From assembly GCF_032191835.1 (NCBI RefSeq), contig NC_083227.1:83080001-83144000 (forward strand): DNA of 64,000 nucleotides. The letters are read 5' to 3'. Source of the stretch: Heteronotia binoei (lineage: Eukaryota). The position numbers were made by a program, and so were the translations under genes. Below the pieces are notes generated by a model that did not search any database, had not been told where the DNA came from, and saw only the letters and a list, made by a program, of their open reading frames with translations. Positions 24,135-36,869 of this stretch are shown in pieces (position 1 is the first letter of the stretch; every line of letters starts with the position of its first letter).

Positions 24135-24353
24135 TGAACATATATGAACATACGAAGCTGCCTTATACTGAATCCATCCTTGGTCCATCAAAGTCAGTAT
24201 TGTCTTCTCAGACTGGCAGCGGCTCTCCAGGGTCTCAAGCTGAGGTTTTTCACATCTATTTGCCTGGACCCTTTTTTGGAGATGCCAGGGATTGAACCTG
24301 GGACCTTCTGCTTACCAAGCAGATGCTCTCCCACTGAGCCACCGTCCCTCCCC
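24135..24353 (-). mobile_element. tRNA-derived SINE with CR1-like 3' tail, full length
   Basis: Reverse complement has a tRNA head (ggctcagtgggagagcatctgc...ggttcaatccc) and a tail gatggaccaagg...ggcagcttcgtatgttcatatatgttca that resembles the CR1 3' end at 41455-41510. Confidence 0.85.
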
Positions 24354-25795
24354 ATGGAGTTACTTCAAGCTGAGGGGGGATTTCTGGATAGGAAAAATTC
24401 AAATTGTTCCTGGTCTAGAGATGCAATTATGGGAAAATTTCACCTGTTATGCAGCAGCCAAAGGCAATAGGAGCCATGTCAGAAAACCATGTGTCAGTCC
24501 GAATGGAGCAGCAAGGAAAATTTAAAAGATCCAGTTACAGAAACCTTGTAAGATGGACCCCTTCTTCACACAGACATGCACTTAAATCAACATATTACAT
24601 ACAAAATCCAGTTTTTTCCAAGATTCTGCTCTGTGGTATAATTAGAATGATAGTTAACCTAGCCCTAATTTGTGTCCATCAGTTCCCCATTATCACTTAT
24701 TCTATCAGAAAAACCTTGCTTCAAACCAAGTTTCAAAGAACATAATTGTAGAATGAAAAACATGTGTGCAGAAGATCACCTTCATAATACAGGCACATGT
24801 GGTCAGCTATATCCATCACCTACCCTTCAGATGAGAAAACCCTTCGGGAATCCCCCCCTCCCAAAAAAAACTGATACTTGCTTTTAATGTACAAAACAAT
24901 AGAGCTTAAGGGGAGGGAGAGATGGACAGGGAAAACATGGGAGTGAAGCGATCCAGTTAATGCGCCCATCTATCAGATTAGGCCGTCCAAAAAAAAATCA
25001 AACTGCTTCCATCACTGTCCAAGGAGAGACCCTCGCTTGTTGCTTAATGTGACAGCAGCCATGCCGTTGGCACTCCAAGGAGAGGGGGGCACTGCTACTG
25101 CAATGTGCAGCAGGCTGTGAGTTTAAAATCCTATTAGGCAGGAACTAACAGCAGCAAAAAGAAAGCAGGTATCCCCTAGTGGGGATTTAAAGATGTTTAG
25201 ACATAATTGGATTTTCCAAGCAGATGTCATTATTGTTAAACAGTTGCCCACTTGATATGTTCAAGTTGTTGGTTGTAATTGCTAAAATTAGCAGGTCTGT
25301 GCAGAGCAAAGGTCAGTTGGTTAATATTGTGATTTAGTATTTTATGAAGTAATTCCAAATGCTTTTATGTATTTTTGTTATTACTGTTTTTTGCTGCCCA
25401 TTAAAGTGGTTCTGGGTTGTTAATACAATAATGTCTTAGGCTCTGTGGACAAACTACTGATACTCATAGGCTAAGTGCAGTTGAGCTGAATTGGTTTTGT
25501 GTGCTGCAAAGAACCCATGTTATGATTCAGAGCCACAGCAGTTTTGCATGTGGAACAGTTGCTTCTTTTCTCCTCCTGACAATGGGGTCACATGGAGAAT
25601 CATAAGGTATGATCCAGATCTCTTCTGAGGATCTCCTGCTCCTTGACTGCTGCAGCTCCCGAAAACTCAGCCACTAAAACTTCAATGGCAATAATCAAAG
25701 GAGCTCCAGTAGATATATTTCTCTACATGATCCATATACTGGCAATGGGCAGAAGGAAAAACTGTGTGTAGAGAAGGGCAGGGAGGGTTTATAAT

Positions 25796-27272
25796 CAGTG
25801 TTTCCCAAAGTGGATGATATTGCCCCCTGGGAGGTGCTGGAACAATCCAGGGGGGCAATAATAGCCTTGGGTGCAACTGGGGGGTAGTGAATAAAAATAA
25901 GGGGGCGGTGGAAGCATGAAGGAAGAAGAAAAGAGAGTGGGAGGTGTCAAAACATCACATTTCTGGGTCCAGAATTTCTAATTTAGAGAAAAATTACAAT
26001 TAACAAAAATAGAGGGTTCCTTTTTGTCTGCTACTCAGTGCGAATTCACCCAATTAGACTAGTGATGAGGACGAGAACACCTTCCAATTAAAATATATGA
26101 AGGATGCAGTTTATTTACAAGACAAAATTTTAAAAAAAATAGAGGTGTACAGACAAACACAAAAGACAGAAACAAAAAACCTTACTAGTCTATCCTAGCC
26201 AATACTTACTGTAGCTAGCAGCTTCTCAAGGTTGCTTGCAGTTTCTCTCTCAGCAATACAGTTCAAGTCAGGACAGTGCAAGCATTGAGGCAATTACACA
26301 AACTTCTCTAAAGAGTTTCAACCTGTAGCTTGCTCCTCACAAGGTTTTTTGCAGAGCGTCAAGCTTCTTACAGTCCTCTGGTTACCAGGTGGTTGCTTCT
26401 GTTGATTTCAACCAACCGCAATGCCCCGGACACAGAGACCCATTTCCCACTTGCCTTACGCCACTCTCAAGTTCCTCTTCTCAGTGCCTCCCTCTGATTT
26501 CACACTGCAGCCCGAGGCTGCAGCTAGCGTTCCCTTTTTTGCACCACAAACAGAAACTGTTTTTTAGAAGTTTCTGTTTGCAGCGTGAAAAAGCTGAAGC
26601 TAGCTGCAGCCCCAGGGCAGATAGTGTGAAATCAGAGGGAAGCCCCACTGAGAAGAGGATCTTGAGAGAGGCATAAGACGAATGGGAAATTGATCAGAGT
26701 GTCTTCTTCAGGGCCAGTGCATGGGAGTAGGTGGGTAGGCAACTGCCTAGGATGCCACCCTGCCTGGGGGCACTGCTGGGCACCCCCTTACTCCCCCTTC
26801 CCTTGTGGCACGATTGCACCAGCCAGCAGGCAAGCCAAGAGCCCCAGGCAGTTCTGCCACGCCACCGCTTTTCTTCGCAGGGCAAACATTGCCTGCACTT
26901 GTCAGAGGCTTCCAAGGAAGCCTTCGAAGAGCATCCCATTTTACTGCTGCCTGCTGCTTTCAGGTTGAAAGTGGCTGGGCAGGGCACCTCCCCATTGCAT
27001 TAATTGGAGCTGACAAGGGGAGGGTGGATAATAATTATGAAGAAATTTCAAAAATTCTCTGCGTATGGGAATGTTACTATGGTTGATTTTATAAAATAAT
27101 TTTAGAATTTCAAACTTCAAAGTGTCTTCTTTACAACATCTTTGTTTACTCTGTGTGCAAATATGTCACTGCATCTTTTAGCCCAATTCTTGAAGGTAGA
27201 TTTCCAGGGGGGCGCTGCGTAACTTTTTTTCTGAAAAGTGGGCGTTAGGTCAAACACGTTTGGCAACCTCTG
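25796..27272. mobile_element. Old Charlie-like hAT remnant with nested insertions
   Basis: Starts cagtgtttcccaaagtgg and ends cacgtttggcaacctctg. TSD not convincing. Contains an LTR-like segment (about 26030-26420), a hairpin and a GC-rich MITE. Confidence 0.45.
26442..26690. repeat. About 250-bp imperfect inverted repeat (foldback MITE-like)
   Basis: Arm atttcccac...ctcaag..cctcttctcagtg...ccctctgatttcacact...ggctgcagctagc pairs with gctagctgcagcc...agtgtgaaatcagaggg...cactgagaagagg..cttgag...tgggaaat. Loop at about 26558-26569. Confidence 0.9.
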
Positions 27273-30200
27273 GTTTCTATGTTCCCTGAGTTTGTATAGC
27301 TGCTCTCTCCTGCACTCTCACTTGCTCTCTCCCAGAAATGTCATCTGGCTGTAGCTAAACAGAGGCATTATCTTTTGAGTACAAAGATCTGCCTTTGGCA
27401 CGTATAATATTTTGTTGCAGATACTTAGTGTCTTCTTCCCAGATAAAAGATAACTAACTAGATATACCTATTCTTCTTTATTGGACAAAAAGTGATCGAA
27501 CAGAAGATACTATCTTACCTGAGCAAGAATCTTTTCTCAGGTGAAGTGTGCCAGTGTTGGAACAACCAACACTTTTAATTGATAAGAGCTCTGAAAACAT
27601 TCCTGTTTTGCCTAGTGGCATGTGTGGAGTCTTACTTTGGATAGTGTGGTTAGACTCTATAATATTGTTCCTTCCAACTTTCTATTGTTTCATTATTTAT
27701 AATAATTGGGTCACCCAGAATTCTATATTGGAAGAGAAGAATAATTTTTCTCTTCTAGTTTTCTCCATATTATTATAAACTCTATCAACTTCCTCCCCTT
27801 TACGCCATCTTTTTGACTTAACTAAAAAGGCCCAAACATGTACTCTAAGCCCTTGATCACTTATCTTGTTCTTTAACAGAGATGTGGAATGTCAACACAA
27901 ACATGTTTGACAGTTGAACTTACTGTGTCCAAAGATGTTGATCAGACATTAGGTGACCACTCTGCCTGTTTGGTTCATGCTGAACAGCCACAAATGCCAG
28001 AAGAATGCGTTTGGATTGGGTTCTTGCAAAATTGTTCATACACAGAGGTACAATCACACGACAGATTTGATCCTCCATAGCCAGATCTAATGTGCACATT
28101 CACACATGCACACCTGCCCCCCATGTCCCACTCATCCTAACCTCATCAAAGGATGGGCTGCGACCAGAACAAATAGCTACTGGGTGCTTCCTGGTAGCAA
28201 ACCACTGGAGTGCATGCATGGCGTGTTTCCCAGCTGTCTGAGCAACCAGGGTGCACCATGCATGTGCCTTGCACTCACAGGAGCAGAGTGAATGTTCTTC
28301 TAAGCACATGCACAGCCTGCACCTCTTCTTGGAGTGGCTTTTTCAAAGCTGAAAGACCGCCAGGGCAAATTCCAAGTGTGATCGCACCCAAAGACACTGC
28401 CAATGCAAACTAATCAGCAGCTGTTAGAAGCAATAAGGACTACTTAGATCAATATTGAAGAGTGCACTATTAAAACACAGCATTTATTTATGACTGATTT
28501 GTATTATTTGTGACTGCTATGCTATCATTATCTAAACATTTGCCTGTTGAGCAGAGCAGTTGATAGCATGGGTAGAGGGTAGTAGAAATTTGTCAGACTG
28601 TGTGAGAACTGGCATTCAAAGTCAGTTGCTCTGTACTGCTTTGTGTGGAAGGAATATTGTGGAGCAGCTTGTCAAACAGCCACAAATGGGTTGATAAACA
28701 AGTGAAGCAATGATTGAAAAAGTGGCTTCCTGTTTGTTGGTTGTAAAGCAAAGCTGAAGTGGTGAGTGTTTGAGCATTCCTAGTATTTAGGTAGTCTGCT
28801 TTGATTTTGAGAAGGTTTGTATCTTAAGGCTAACTCTGGATCTTGTCACAGTATCCAATGTCATTCTTCATATTGGAATAGGATTCAATAGCCAAATGGT
28901 GATCAGGATCCCTTTCTACTTATTTATTGCAGGAAATGCACAAGGAAATAAATTCAAAGTCGATCTGGATTGCTGAAGTCTCAATGTGTTTTGATGTGTG
29001 TGTGTTTTTTCAGGTGCACAAGTGAATAAGTTTGGCCTCACATTGACATGGCCTTACATCATTGTGGTATCTACAGGATTGCTTCTTTGTCCAGAATACT
29101 GTTAACTTCTTCCAGAGTGGTCTACCGTCCTGTTGTGTTTCCCTTCTCTAGTCAATGTACAGCCTATTTGCTAATATAATCTTTTTCTCCAGTTATGATC
29201 ACATTATGTTTCTTTTAAAGAGTTTGTATCACTTCATTGACTTTAAGCTTCTTTCAGCCTCTCAGGGCTCTTTTTTTTAGCAAAGCCTTCCTGAAATTGT
29301 CCCAGCCTCACATCCCCTCCTTCTTCATTACCTCCTGATCATCCCCTACCTTGTCTTTACTGTCCAAAATCCATCCCTTATTTTGCCCATCTCCCAAAGT
29401 CTTGCCTTTTTGTTGTATCAAACATAATCCTTTGGGATTCTAAAGAAATATTTAAAAGTAGTGGGTGAGGTAGTAACAGTCATCATCATGAGATTTTCCA
29501 GGGTTCCTTGTGCATGGATCTTAAAGAAACCTAATAAAACCTGCTATTCAGCTTATTACGCATGGGGATTAATCACAAACTGCTTTTTTTACGGCAGGCA
29601 TTTTTAAAAAAGAATTGTAATTGTAAAAAAATTCAAGTGAGGAGAATCCACAGAGTCGACCATTTTACTCTTTTAAACAGTTTTCTTTTTAACATCCAGA
29701 CCAAGGAAGGGTTTGGTGTGAGCTTCAAATCTCAAACCTCACATTATAAACTTTATCTTAATGAAAGGATCATTTTATTGCCCCTGTGAAAATGGGCCAG
29801 TATAAGTACCTTTTTTTTTGTTCACTCCTTTTTCACATCTTTGAAACATCATTCAGATAAGGGTCATTATCCTAATTCACAATAGGTTAGCAGTGCAAGC
29901 CTCTACAGGTCTACTCAGAATCTTACTCAGGTCTATTCAATGGAACTTAGACCCAGGAAAGTGTTCTTAGGATGGCAGTGTAGATGTGGGAGATCAGGAT
30001 AGAAAATCTGTGTTACAATTTTTTTTCTCTGTGTACGTCAGCACCTTATGTAATGCTTACATTCTTTTTTTTCTAATCTGGAAAATAAAACAGAAATCAA
30101 GCTGATCTTGCCAAAGGGTGAGTCACTGTGGTGAACATAAATCATTATGCACACTTACTTAGAAGTTAGCTCCATTGACCCCCATTGTGGTGGAATAGTT

Positions 30201-31176
30201 ACTAGAGTGTCAGACTAGATCTGAGTCCCAGGTTCAAATCCCCACTCTGCCATGGAGGCTTGCTGGGTGAATGAGGCTTAATTCTAACAGTAACTCTTCA
30301 CATTTCAAGCTACAGTTGTTTTTAATAGGATGCCTTTGAAAAGGAATATATTGTTTGAAAATGTTTTCTTGCATTCACCCAGCTTACCTTTGGCCACAAA
30401 GTGAAAATGCTTGTGCCATGGTGGCATTTGCTGCCAAAACATCATTTTTAAAAACCTGCAAAGCCAATCAGATCTCCAATGGTCCATTAGAAGTCCTGCT
30501 GGCAAAAGCCCAATGTGCACCCTCCCACTTTCTAAACACTTGGTGGGCACCACATTGATGACCCCTACTGTAGTTGGTTAAAATATTATAGGCAGAACTT
30601 TTCCCCACTTTCTAAAGCAAATTTTGGCGCAGATTATTTTACATAACTAGCATTTGCCCCTCCTTTTGCAGCCATCTTGAAAAGCCCCCAACTTGCTTGA
30701 GGTGTATGTGAACTTTGGCTATTAGCCTGTGGCTGGTTGCTTATGACCCAATTTGAGTGGTTTTTGCAGGAATGGGGGTACTGTGCCAGCAGGGTTGCAT
30801 CTTTCCCACCAGGGTATTGCTGTTGAGACATTTGTCTTCCCTGACCACCAGGCCATTGGCAAGGGAGGAGAGTGAACTAGTGATGTGAGCATCTGAACAA
30901 GGCTATCACTGCTCACTATTGGTAAGATGACTTCTTTGCCAGCCTGAAAAGCAGGTTACCCCAACATTTACAAAGGAAGGTGGGGGATGCTATCATCTTA
31001 CTTCTCTCTTCTTCGTGTGTTTGTTATTTTTAAAAACATTTTATTGTATTGTTTCATTTGCATCGTTACCCATTTTGAGTATCACTTTGACAAGGGAGAA
31101 AGGTGTGATAGAAATATTTTAAATAAATAATGTGTAGTCAATGTGTTGCATCAGGATTTACATATAAAGATTTACG

Positions 31177-31330
31177 AGGGAGGAACCATGGCTCAGTGGT
31201 ACAGCATCTTCTTGGGATGCGGAAGGTCCGAGCTTCAATACACCTGGAGAGCTGCTGCCAGTCTGAGTACACAATCCTGACCTTGATGGACCAAGGGTCT
31301 GTTTTGGTATAAGGCAGTTTCATGTGTTCA
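31177..31330 (+). mobile_element. tRNA SINE (CR1-tailed family), internally deleted
   Basis: Same head and tail as 24135-24353, with the middle missing. Confidence 0.8.
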
Positions 31331-31731
31331 AAAGCCCAGATTTGTATTTCTGCTTGGCTATGAAGTTTATTGAGAATCTCAACAAGTCATCAAACACAAT
31401 CCAAGCACAAGGATGTTATAAAACAAAATTAGGTTAAGATAAAGAGTATGGTTAGTATAAGGAAAATAGGCAACTCATTATGGTTTCATTTAGCTTTGGA
31501 TCTATTCCCAGTTGCTCCATCTAGATCAGTGTTTTTCCTACAGAAATTTCTTGTTTTCCATCAAACACATTATGCTTGACCTTCCTAATTTTTCCAACTA
31601 TCCTTCTGGCTTTAGATGATACCCATAAATGACTCATTGGATACAAATTATATTTTCTATCTTTGCTTTAAAATCATTTTCCATTACTTTATTTAAAACA
31701 ACAAAATGTATGTAATTGGACAATATTGTAC

Positions 31732-32172
31732 TACTTGCCAATTCCCAGTTGGAGGCCCTCCCCACACTTCAGGGTTATCAGAAAGTGGGGGGGGGGATGT
31801 CTGCTGGACACTCCATTTTAGCCTATGGAGACCATTTCCCATAAGATATAATGGAAAATTGATCTGTGGGTATCTGGGGCTCTGGGGGCTGTTTTTCAGC
31901 ATTGCATCTGATACCCCTTCTCAAAACACCCCAAAGTTTCAAAAAGATTGGACCAGGGAGTCCAATTCTATGAGCCCCAAAAGAAGGTACCCCTATCCAT
32001 CATTTCCAAATTGAGGGAAGGCATTTAAAAGATGCATTAAAATGTGATGGTCAGACCTCCCTTTGGAATTCAATTGTGTTTGTCACACCCTTGCTCCTGG
32101 TCCACCCCCAAAATCTTCTGGCTCCACTCCCAAAGTCCCCAGATATTTCTTGAGCTGGACCTGGCAACCCTA
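31732..32172. mobile_element. TAGGGTTGCC-family MITE
   Basis: Colinear with 10746-11415 and with the reverse of 52107-52633. Ends ctggcaacccta. Confidence 0.85.
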
Positions 32173-32889
32173 GGTGAGTTAGTACCACTGAAATATTGAC
32201 ATTTTAACTGAGTCAGTGGAATAGTGCTGTGGGGATGTAAAATGTATCAGTCTCTGAACAGTATCACAACAATATCTTAGCAATATTCAGAAAGTTCTGG
32301 GTTTGAAAGATTAGCAGTGCCATCCTGAACAGGTTTTCACAATTCTAAATCTACTGAAGTCGATATGCTTTGAAGTATGTAACTCTGTTGAAGATGACAC
32401 TGTAAAGGTTCCAATAAGTTAAAACTGAAGAATGAAGCCAGTTCTTTTACTGAGGCCACCCACTTCTTTTATCTAATTTTCCAAAAACATCAGTCTTATT
32501 TGAAATCTAGCCCTGGGTCCATAATAAACTCCTTTTGTTATCACATTTATGTGTCTAACCATCCACATATGTCAACTGAGTTCTATTGACTTCAATTGTA
32601 GTATGACAATGTATGTCACAGTTGACTCAACCTTTTAAGCTAAAGTCCCAAAACCTGTCATTCAAACATATTGCCATTATATTTCAACCAGTGTTAGTAC
32701 TAGTTATCTAAGGATTGTAATTTTAAGTGTGATTTATCGACTATCTATGCTGCTGTTGCTTTCTCAATACAACTTAAAGAGGGGGCTATTCAAAATAACC
32801 ACATGCCTCTACATCAATACATTTGTACAGAATGATTCCAAGTAATTCAGGAGCCTTTACCAAAAGATGTATTGAACTCAGTGAAGCAG

Positions 32890-32895
32890 TTTATT
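32890..32895 (-). promoter_or_regulatory. Candidate AATAAA polyadenylation signal of DNAJB8
   Basis: tttatt on plus, about 88 nt downstream of the stop codon. Use of the site is inferred. Confidence 0.55.
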
Positions 32896-32982
32896 AGTCA
32901 CATCCCATTTTATGGAACAAGAGTCCATTAAAGATTGTTCAAGCAGTTGCTTGTTGTTTTGGAACAGAGATGGGGGCAGGCT

Positions 32983-33666
32983 TTAGCATTTCAACTGTTC
33001 TCTTCCATTTACTCTTATGGACTTCAGTTGGCCATCTTCTTCAACTTCAATTCTCTCTTGTCCATTCTCAACAATTTTCCGTGTTGTGATTCGTCGCCCG
33101 TTGACCACTTCAGTGGAAGTTGAGACAGACCTGAAGTTGTGTGTTCCGCTGCTGTCATCTCCAAAGGACCTGCAGGAAAGTGTAGTGTGCACACCCGGTC
33201 CAAATGAATTGAATCCAAAGTTAGAAAAGACACTGGAAAATCCAGAAAAGAGACCAAAGGGTCCACGAAATCCATTTCTGTTTTCACCTCCATTGTTGTC
33301 ATCCTCAAATTCGGTGTCCCAGTAATCATTTGCAAAGACATCCATTCCCCCAAAGAACTCCCTGAAAATCTCCTCAGGACTGCGGAACACAAAATCAAAA
33401 TCGAATGTGTTGTGAGAGTGACCTCCAGATGCACCTCTCCCTCTGTACCGTGGTTCCTTCACTGGCCTGTCATAGAGAGAGCGCTTCTGGGGGTCTGACA
33501 AGACTTCATAGGCCTCAGCAACTGCTTTGAATTTCTTCTCTGCTTCTTCTTTATTATAAGGGTTCTTGTCAGGGTGCCACTTTAATGCCAGCTTACGGTA
33601 GGCCTTTTTAATGTCTTCTTGCGAGGCATTTTGATGCAGTCCTAGGATTTCGTAATAATTAACCAT
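32983..33666 (-). CDS. DNAJB8: DnaJ homolog subfamily B member 8 (class B J-domain co-chaperone), single coding exon, 227 aa
   Basis: J domain MVNYYEILG...[15 protein letters not shown]...AYEVLSD with intact HPD; G/F region with [14 protein letters not shown]; C-terminal [38 protein letters not shown]. The N-YY start and SLYDR fit DNAJB8 better than DNAJB6, and an intronless CDS fits DNAJB8. Confidence 0.88.
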   Translation of the reverse strand: MVNYYEILGLHQNASQEDIKKAYRKLALKWHPDKNPYNKEEAEKKFKAVAEAYEVLSDPQKRSLYDRPVKEPRYRGRGASGGHSHNTFDFDFVFRSPEEIFREFFGGMDVFANDYWDTEFEDDNNGGENRNGFRGPFGLFSGFSSVFSNFGFNSFGPGVHTTLSCRSFGDDSSGTHNFRSVSTSTEVVNGRRITTRKIVENGQERIEVEEDGQLKSIRVNGREQLKC

Positions 33667-33713
33667 CCCAAAGAAAGATGTTAATGAATCTGGAGATTAT
33701 CGGGTTGGTTTTC

Positions 33714-33730
33714 CTAGGGGACACAAGGTC
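33714..33730 (-). promoter_or_regulatory. Candidate 3' splice acceptor of a 5'UTR intron of DNAJB8
   Basis: Minus strand reads ccttgtgtcccctag|gaaaacc, 47 nt upstream of the ATG. Inference only. Confidence 0.4.
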
Positions 33731-34977
33731 CTGTGTAGTTTGGATCCAATGGATCCAGTTGTTTTGGTGAGGCACTTCTTTCCTCACAGCTCAATGGTAA
33801 TGGTTTTGGTGCCAAAGGGAAAGAGAAAGGCCACCTGCTCATATTGTTTGATTTCAAGGCACTTGCTGCTGAGCAGTATTATGAAGTCAGAAGCATCTCA
33901 TCCAATCAGCACACATTTGGCTTTTAACTCATTGGAGACATGCTGCAGTCCTACTGGTGGGAATGTGGTGCAAATTGTTATGAGCCTGAAAGATCATATT
34001 TCATCTCTATGATGCAACTTGTTGCAGGTGCCTTAACTTTTCAAAGGAGGGATCTGACTCTTTGGGCCTTTCCAGGCAGTTACTCCAGAGAATGTCTTAG
34101 CAAAGCAATTATGCTAGCCCATCAGTGCACTTTCTCATCTCCATGTAAATAGTCAATAAACTTGTTCCCTGGATGATTGCACTGCCGGGCAAAGCTACAT
34201 TCTTGGGATTTTTTTAATAGTCACCTATGCTGTTCTTTGCCACACTGGAGAAGAAGAATCACACAGAACTGGAGAAATAAAATAAAACAGAGAAAGACAA
34301 CAAGAAAATTCATGGCAAGGCATTCCTTTGGGGAAGCATATAAGAAGAGGCCTTCCAGATCAGGTTACTGGGCCATGCAATGCAACCTTCAGTAATGGCC
34401 ACCTATGCAGAACACAAGCAGAGTATGAAGGGCACAGCCTTCATACTCTATTGTTTGCCTCCCAGCACCTGGTATTCAGGATGAAAAGTTCAGGTTCATA
34501 CTAGGGAATTAAAATGGCCTGAGAGGAAGCCAGGTTAAGTGGATCTTACCGTGCTACCAGCCAATGCTACAGAAGCCACTCACCTCTGAACTAACCAATG
34601 GTGCCAATGAGAGACAACAGGTGAGCCAACACCTATCACTGGTGCCTCTGGCAAATTCTGAGCTCCATGATCTTGGCTCTGCTCACTCCTGGCCACCAGC
34701 CACCCTTTAATGCTAGGACCTTGCCCTGTAAGTTGAATTGCAACCCCTCTGAGCATCTCTTGCCTTGAAAACCCTACCGGATTGTCATAAGTCAGCCACA
34801 ATTTGACAGCATTTTCCACCAGCCACATGCCCTACTAAAAGCTGCTACATTAGCATGTGTGGGCTGCTTTTGTGCTTGCAAAGCAGAGGCATTCATCAGT
34901 CAGTGGCATTCAGTGTTGGCACATGCGCAAATCGAGCTGAATGGGCTGAGCTATACTTCCCAGGTAGCAATGCAAGA

Positions 34978-35170
34978 TAGGGTTGCCAACTTCAGGTTAC
35001 AAAATGCCTGGAGGTTTGAATAAGGAGCCTGATAAGGGCAGGGTTTGGGGAGGGGATGGGCCTCTGTGGAGTATAATACTATAGAGACAACTATCCAAAG
35101 CAGTTGTTTCTTCCAGGGGAATTGATCTCTATAGTCCAGAGATCAATCATAAGTCCAAGAGATCTCCAGA
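34978..35170. mobile_element. TAGGGTTGCC-family MITE, partial
   Basis: tagggttgccaacttc...aaagcagttgtttcttccaggggaattgatct, like 897-1116. Confidence 0.7.
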
Positions 35171-35223
35171 ATACATACCACCAATAAAGATGAACAACAT
35201 GCTTGGCTTTGGAAGTCAAGTAG

Positions 35224-36232
35224 CAGGGCCAGCACACTCATAAGTCAACCTTAGGCAGTCACCTATAGCACAACCCTGGGCAGGGTGCTGAATTGGGCAC
35301 CCCCCATATGACTCCCAGTGGCCACTGCTGTGCCAGGATGAAAGCTGGGAGGGTGAGGGCTGCCCAGCATTGTCGCAAGAGAACTTGCTGCTTCTGCTGT
35401 TGCTGTGATTCTGGAGTCGTGACCCAGAGATCAAATCCCACCTCTTCCCCATTTCCAAACTAAGAAGCAAAGTGGAGCTGAATGAACTGGGTAGTAGAGG
35501 TGGTGGGAGGTCCAGGGGTCCAGTAGCGACAAGACCGGGGGCTGCCGGGCTGCCGGGGGCAATTGAGAGTAGGCCACCAGCCACCTCTCCACCCAACATG
35601 CTGGGGTGCACCCCTCCTCCTGCTGCTGCTGGGGGTAGAGGACAGGAGTGCTTGGCCAGGCTGAATGGGGGGCTTCCCCCAGCAAGAGAGAGAAGTGATC
35701 CAGGTCTGATCTGGTCTGACTGGTCCAGCCTAGTCAGGAGGCCAGGAGGGAGGCATCCGTGGGGTGGTGGGAGGATGGGCAGCCCCTTCTTCCTCCCCCT
35801 CCTCTTGTGCTCCATCAGAAGCAAGTCTCAGTTCCAGAAAAGGCTGGTGCTTCCCAGATGGGGCGGGGCTGAGTGCTGGCAGCAAGCCTGGTGGTGGCTA
35901 CATATCAACTATGTTGCTGTTCCCTGGAGGAGGACAGCATGTCCTAATGGCCCTGTGTACCCTCCCCCCATCAAGCATGCAGTCTCCTTGCCCCCAGGGA
36001 TCCAGCTGGTGAAGGGGGAGGATGGAGGTTCCCCCATGCTTTTCATGGAACCACCCAATCTATTTACTTAGAAGAAAACAACAAGTGACGTTAGATTGAA
36101 ATGTAAGCTGTCTGCAAGGTGTTTAACTTTTAGAGTTTAAACTGCAGGGGAGGGGGAGAAGGGCCCAGGCAGCAAGGAAGTCAGGGGTGGGGTGGGGGCC
36201 TAACCTAGAGCGCCAAATACCCTGGCACCCTG
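35224..36232. mobile_element. GC-rich non-autonomous DNA transposon-like element
   Basis: Starts cagggccagc and ends gcgccaaataccctggcaccctg, hAT-like termini. No TSD recognised. Confidence 0.4.
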
Positions 36233-36255
36233 GAAGAGGACAGCATGTTCTAATG

Positions 36256-36539
36256 GAGAGCCAGTTTGGTGTAGTGGTTAAGAGTGCAGACTCTTATCTG
36301 GGAGAACTGGGTTTGATTCCCCACTCCTCCACCTGCACCTGCTGGAATGGCCTTGGGTTAGCCGTAGCTATTGCAGGAAGTTGTCCTTGAAAGGGCAGCT
36401 GCTGTGAGAGCCCTCTCAGCCCCACCCACCTCACATGGTGTCTGTTGTGGGGGGAGAAGATATAGAAGATTGTAAACTGCTCTAAGTTTCTGATTCACAG
36501 AAAATGGTGGGATATAAATCTGCCATCTTCTTCTTCTTC
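36256..36539 (+). mobile_element. Squam3/MIR-like tRNA SINE, full length
   Basis: Head gagagccagtttggtgtagtggttaagagtgcagactc...gtttgattcccc (A and B boxes), MIR-like core and (CTT)n tail. Confidence 0.85.
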
Positions 36540-36630
36540 ACCAGCCCTGTCGAGTAGGAAAGAAAAATGGATAGGGATGGAATGCAAGAGAGAGAAGCCA
36601 TGTAGCTTCCACATCCACTTCTGTTATAAG

Positions 36631-36790
36631 TAGGGTTGCCAAGTCCTCTTCATCCCAGTTTTCCCTCCCTTCCAAATGGCTAAAGCGTCTGGGGAAACCA
36701 TAGAGTGCACTGTCACTGGCACGACGATGTCACTTCCAGGTGATGTCATCACACTGGCAACGTAGGGGGAGGCTCCTCCCTTGTTGAATG
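36631..36790. mobile_element. TAGGGTTGCC-family MITE, partial
   Basis: Starts tagggttgccaag. Internal gatgtcacttccaggtgatgtcatc is shared with 17468-17837. Confidence 0.6.
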
Positions 36791-36869
36791 TTTAGGGGGG
36801 AAACCAACACTTTCAATGGACAGTGGTGTTTGCAGTTTGCGATCCCAGAGCAGGGGTGGCTGGGCATCC

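Noticed and set aside
26030-26420. Solo LTR
   Set aside because: It has a TG start and a minus-strand AATAAA, but I could not define the CA end or a TSD.
34540-34560. Minus-strand donor ACG|GTAAGA as the DNAJB8 5' UTR exon end
   Set aside because: A good consensus but no supporting promoter or transcript evidence, and the surroundings contain repeat fragments.
35216-36071. Overlapping 199-aa and 202-aa ORFs
   Set aside because: GC-rich low-complexity transposon interior with no recognisable domain.
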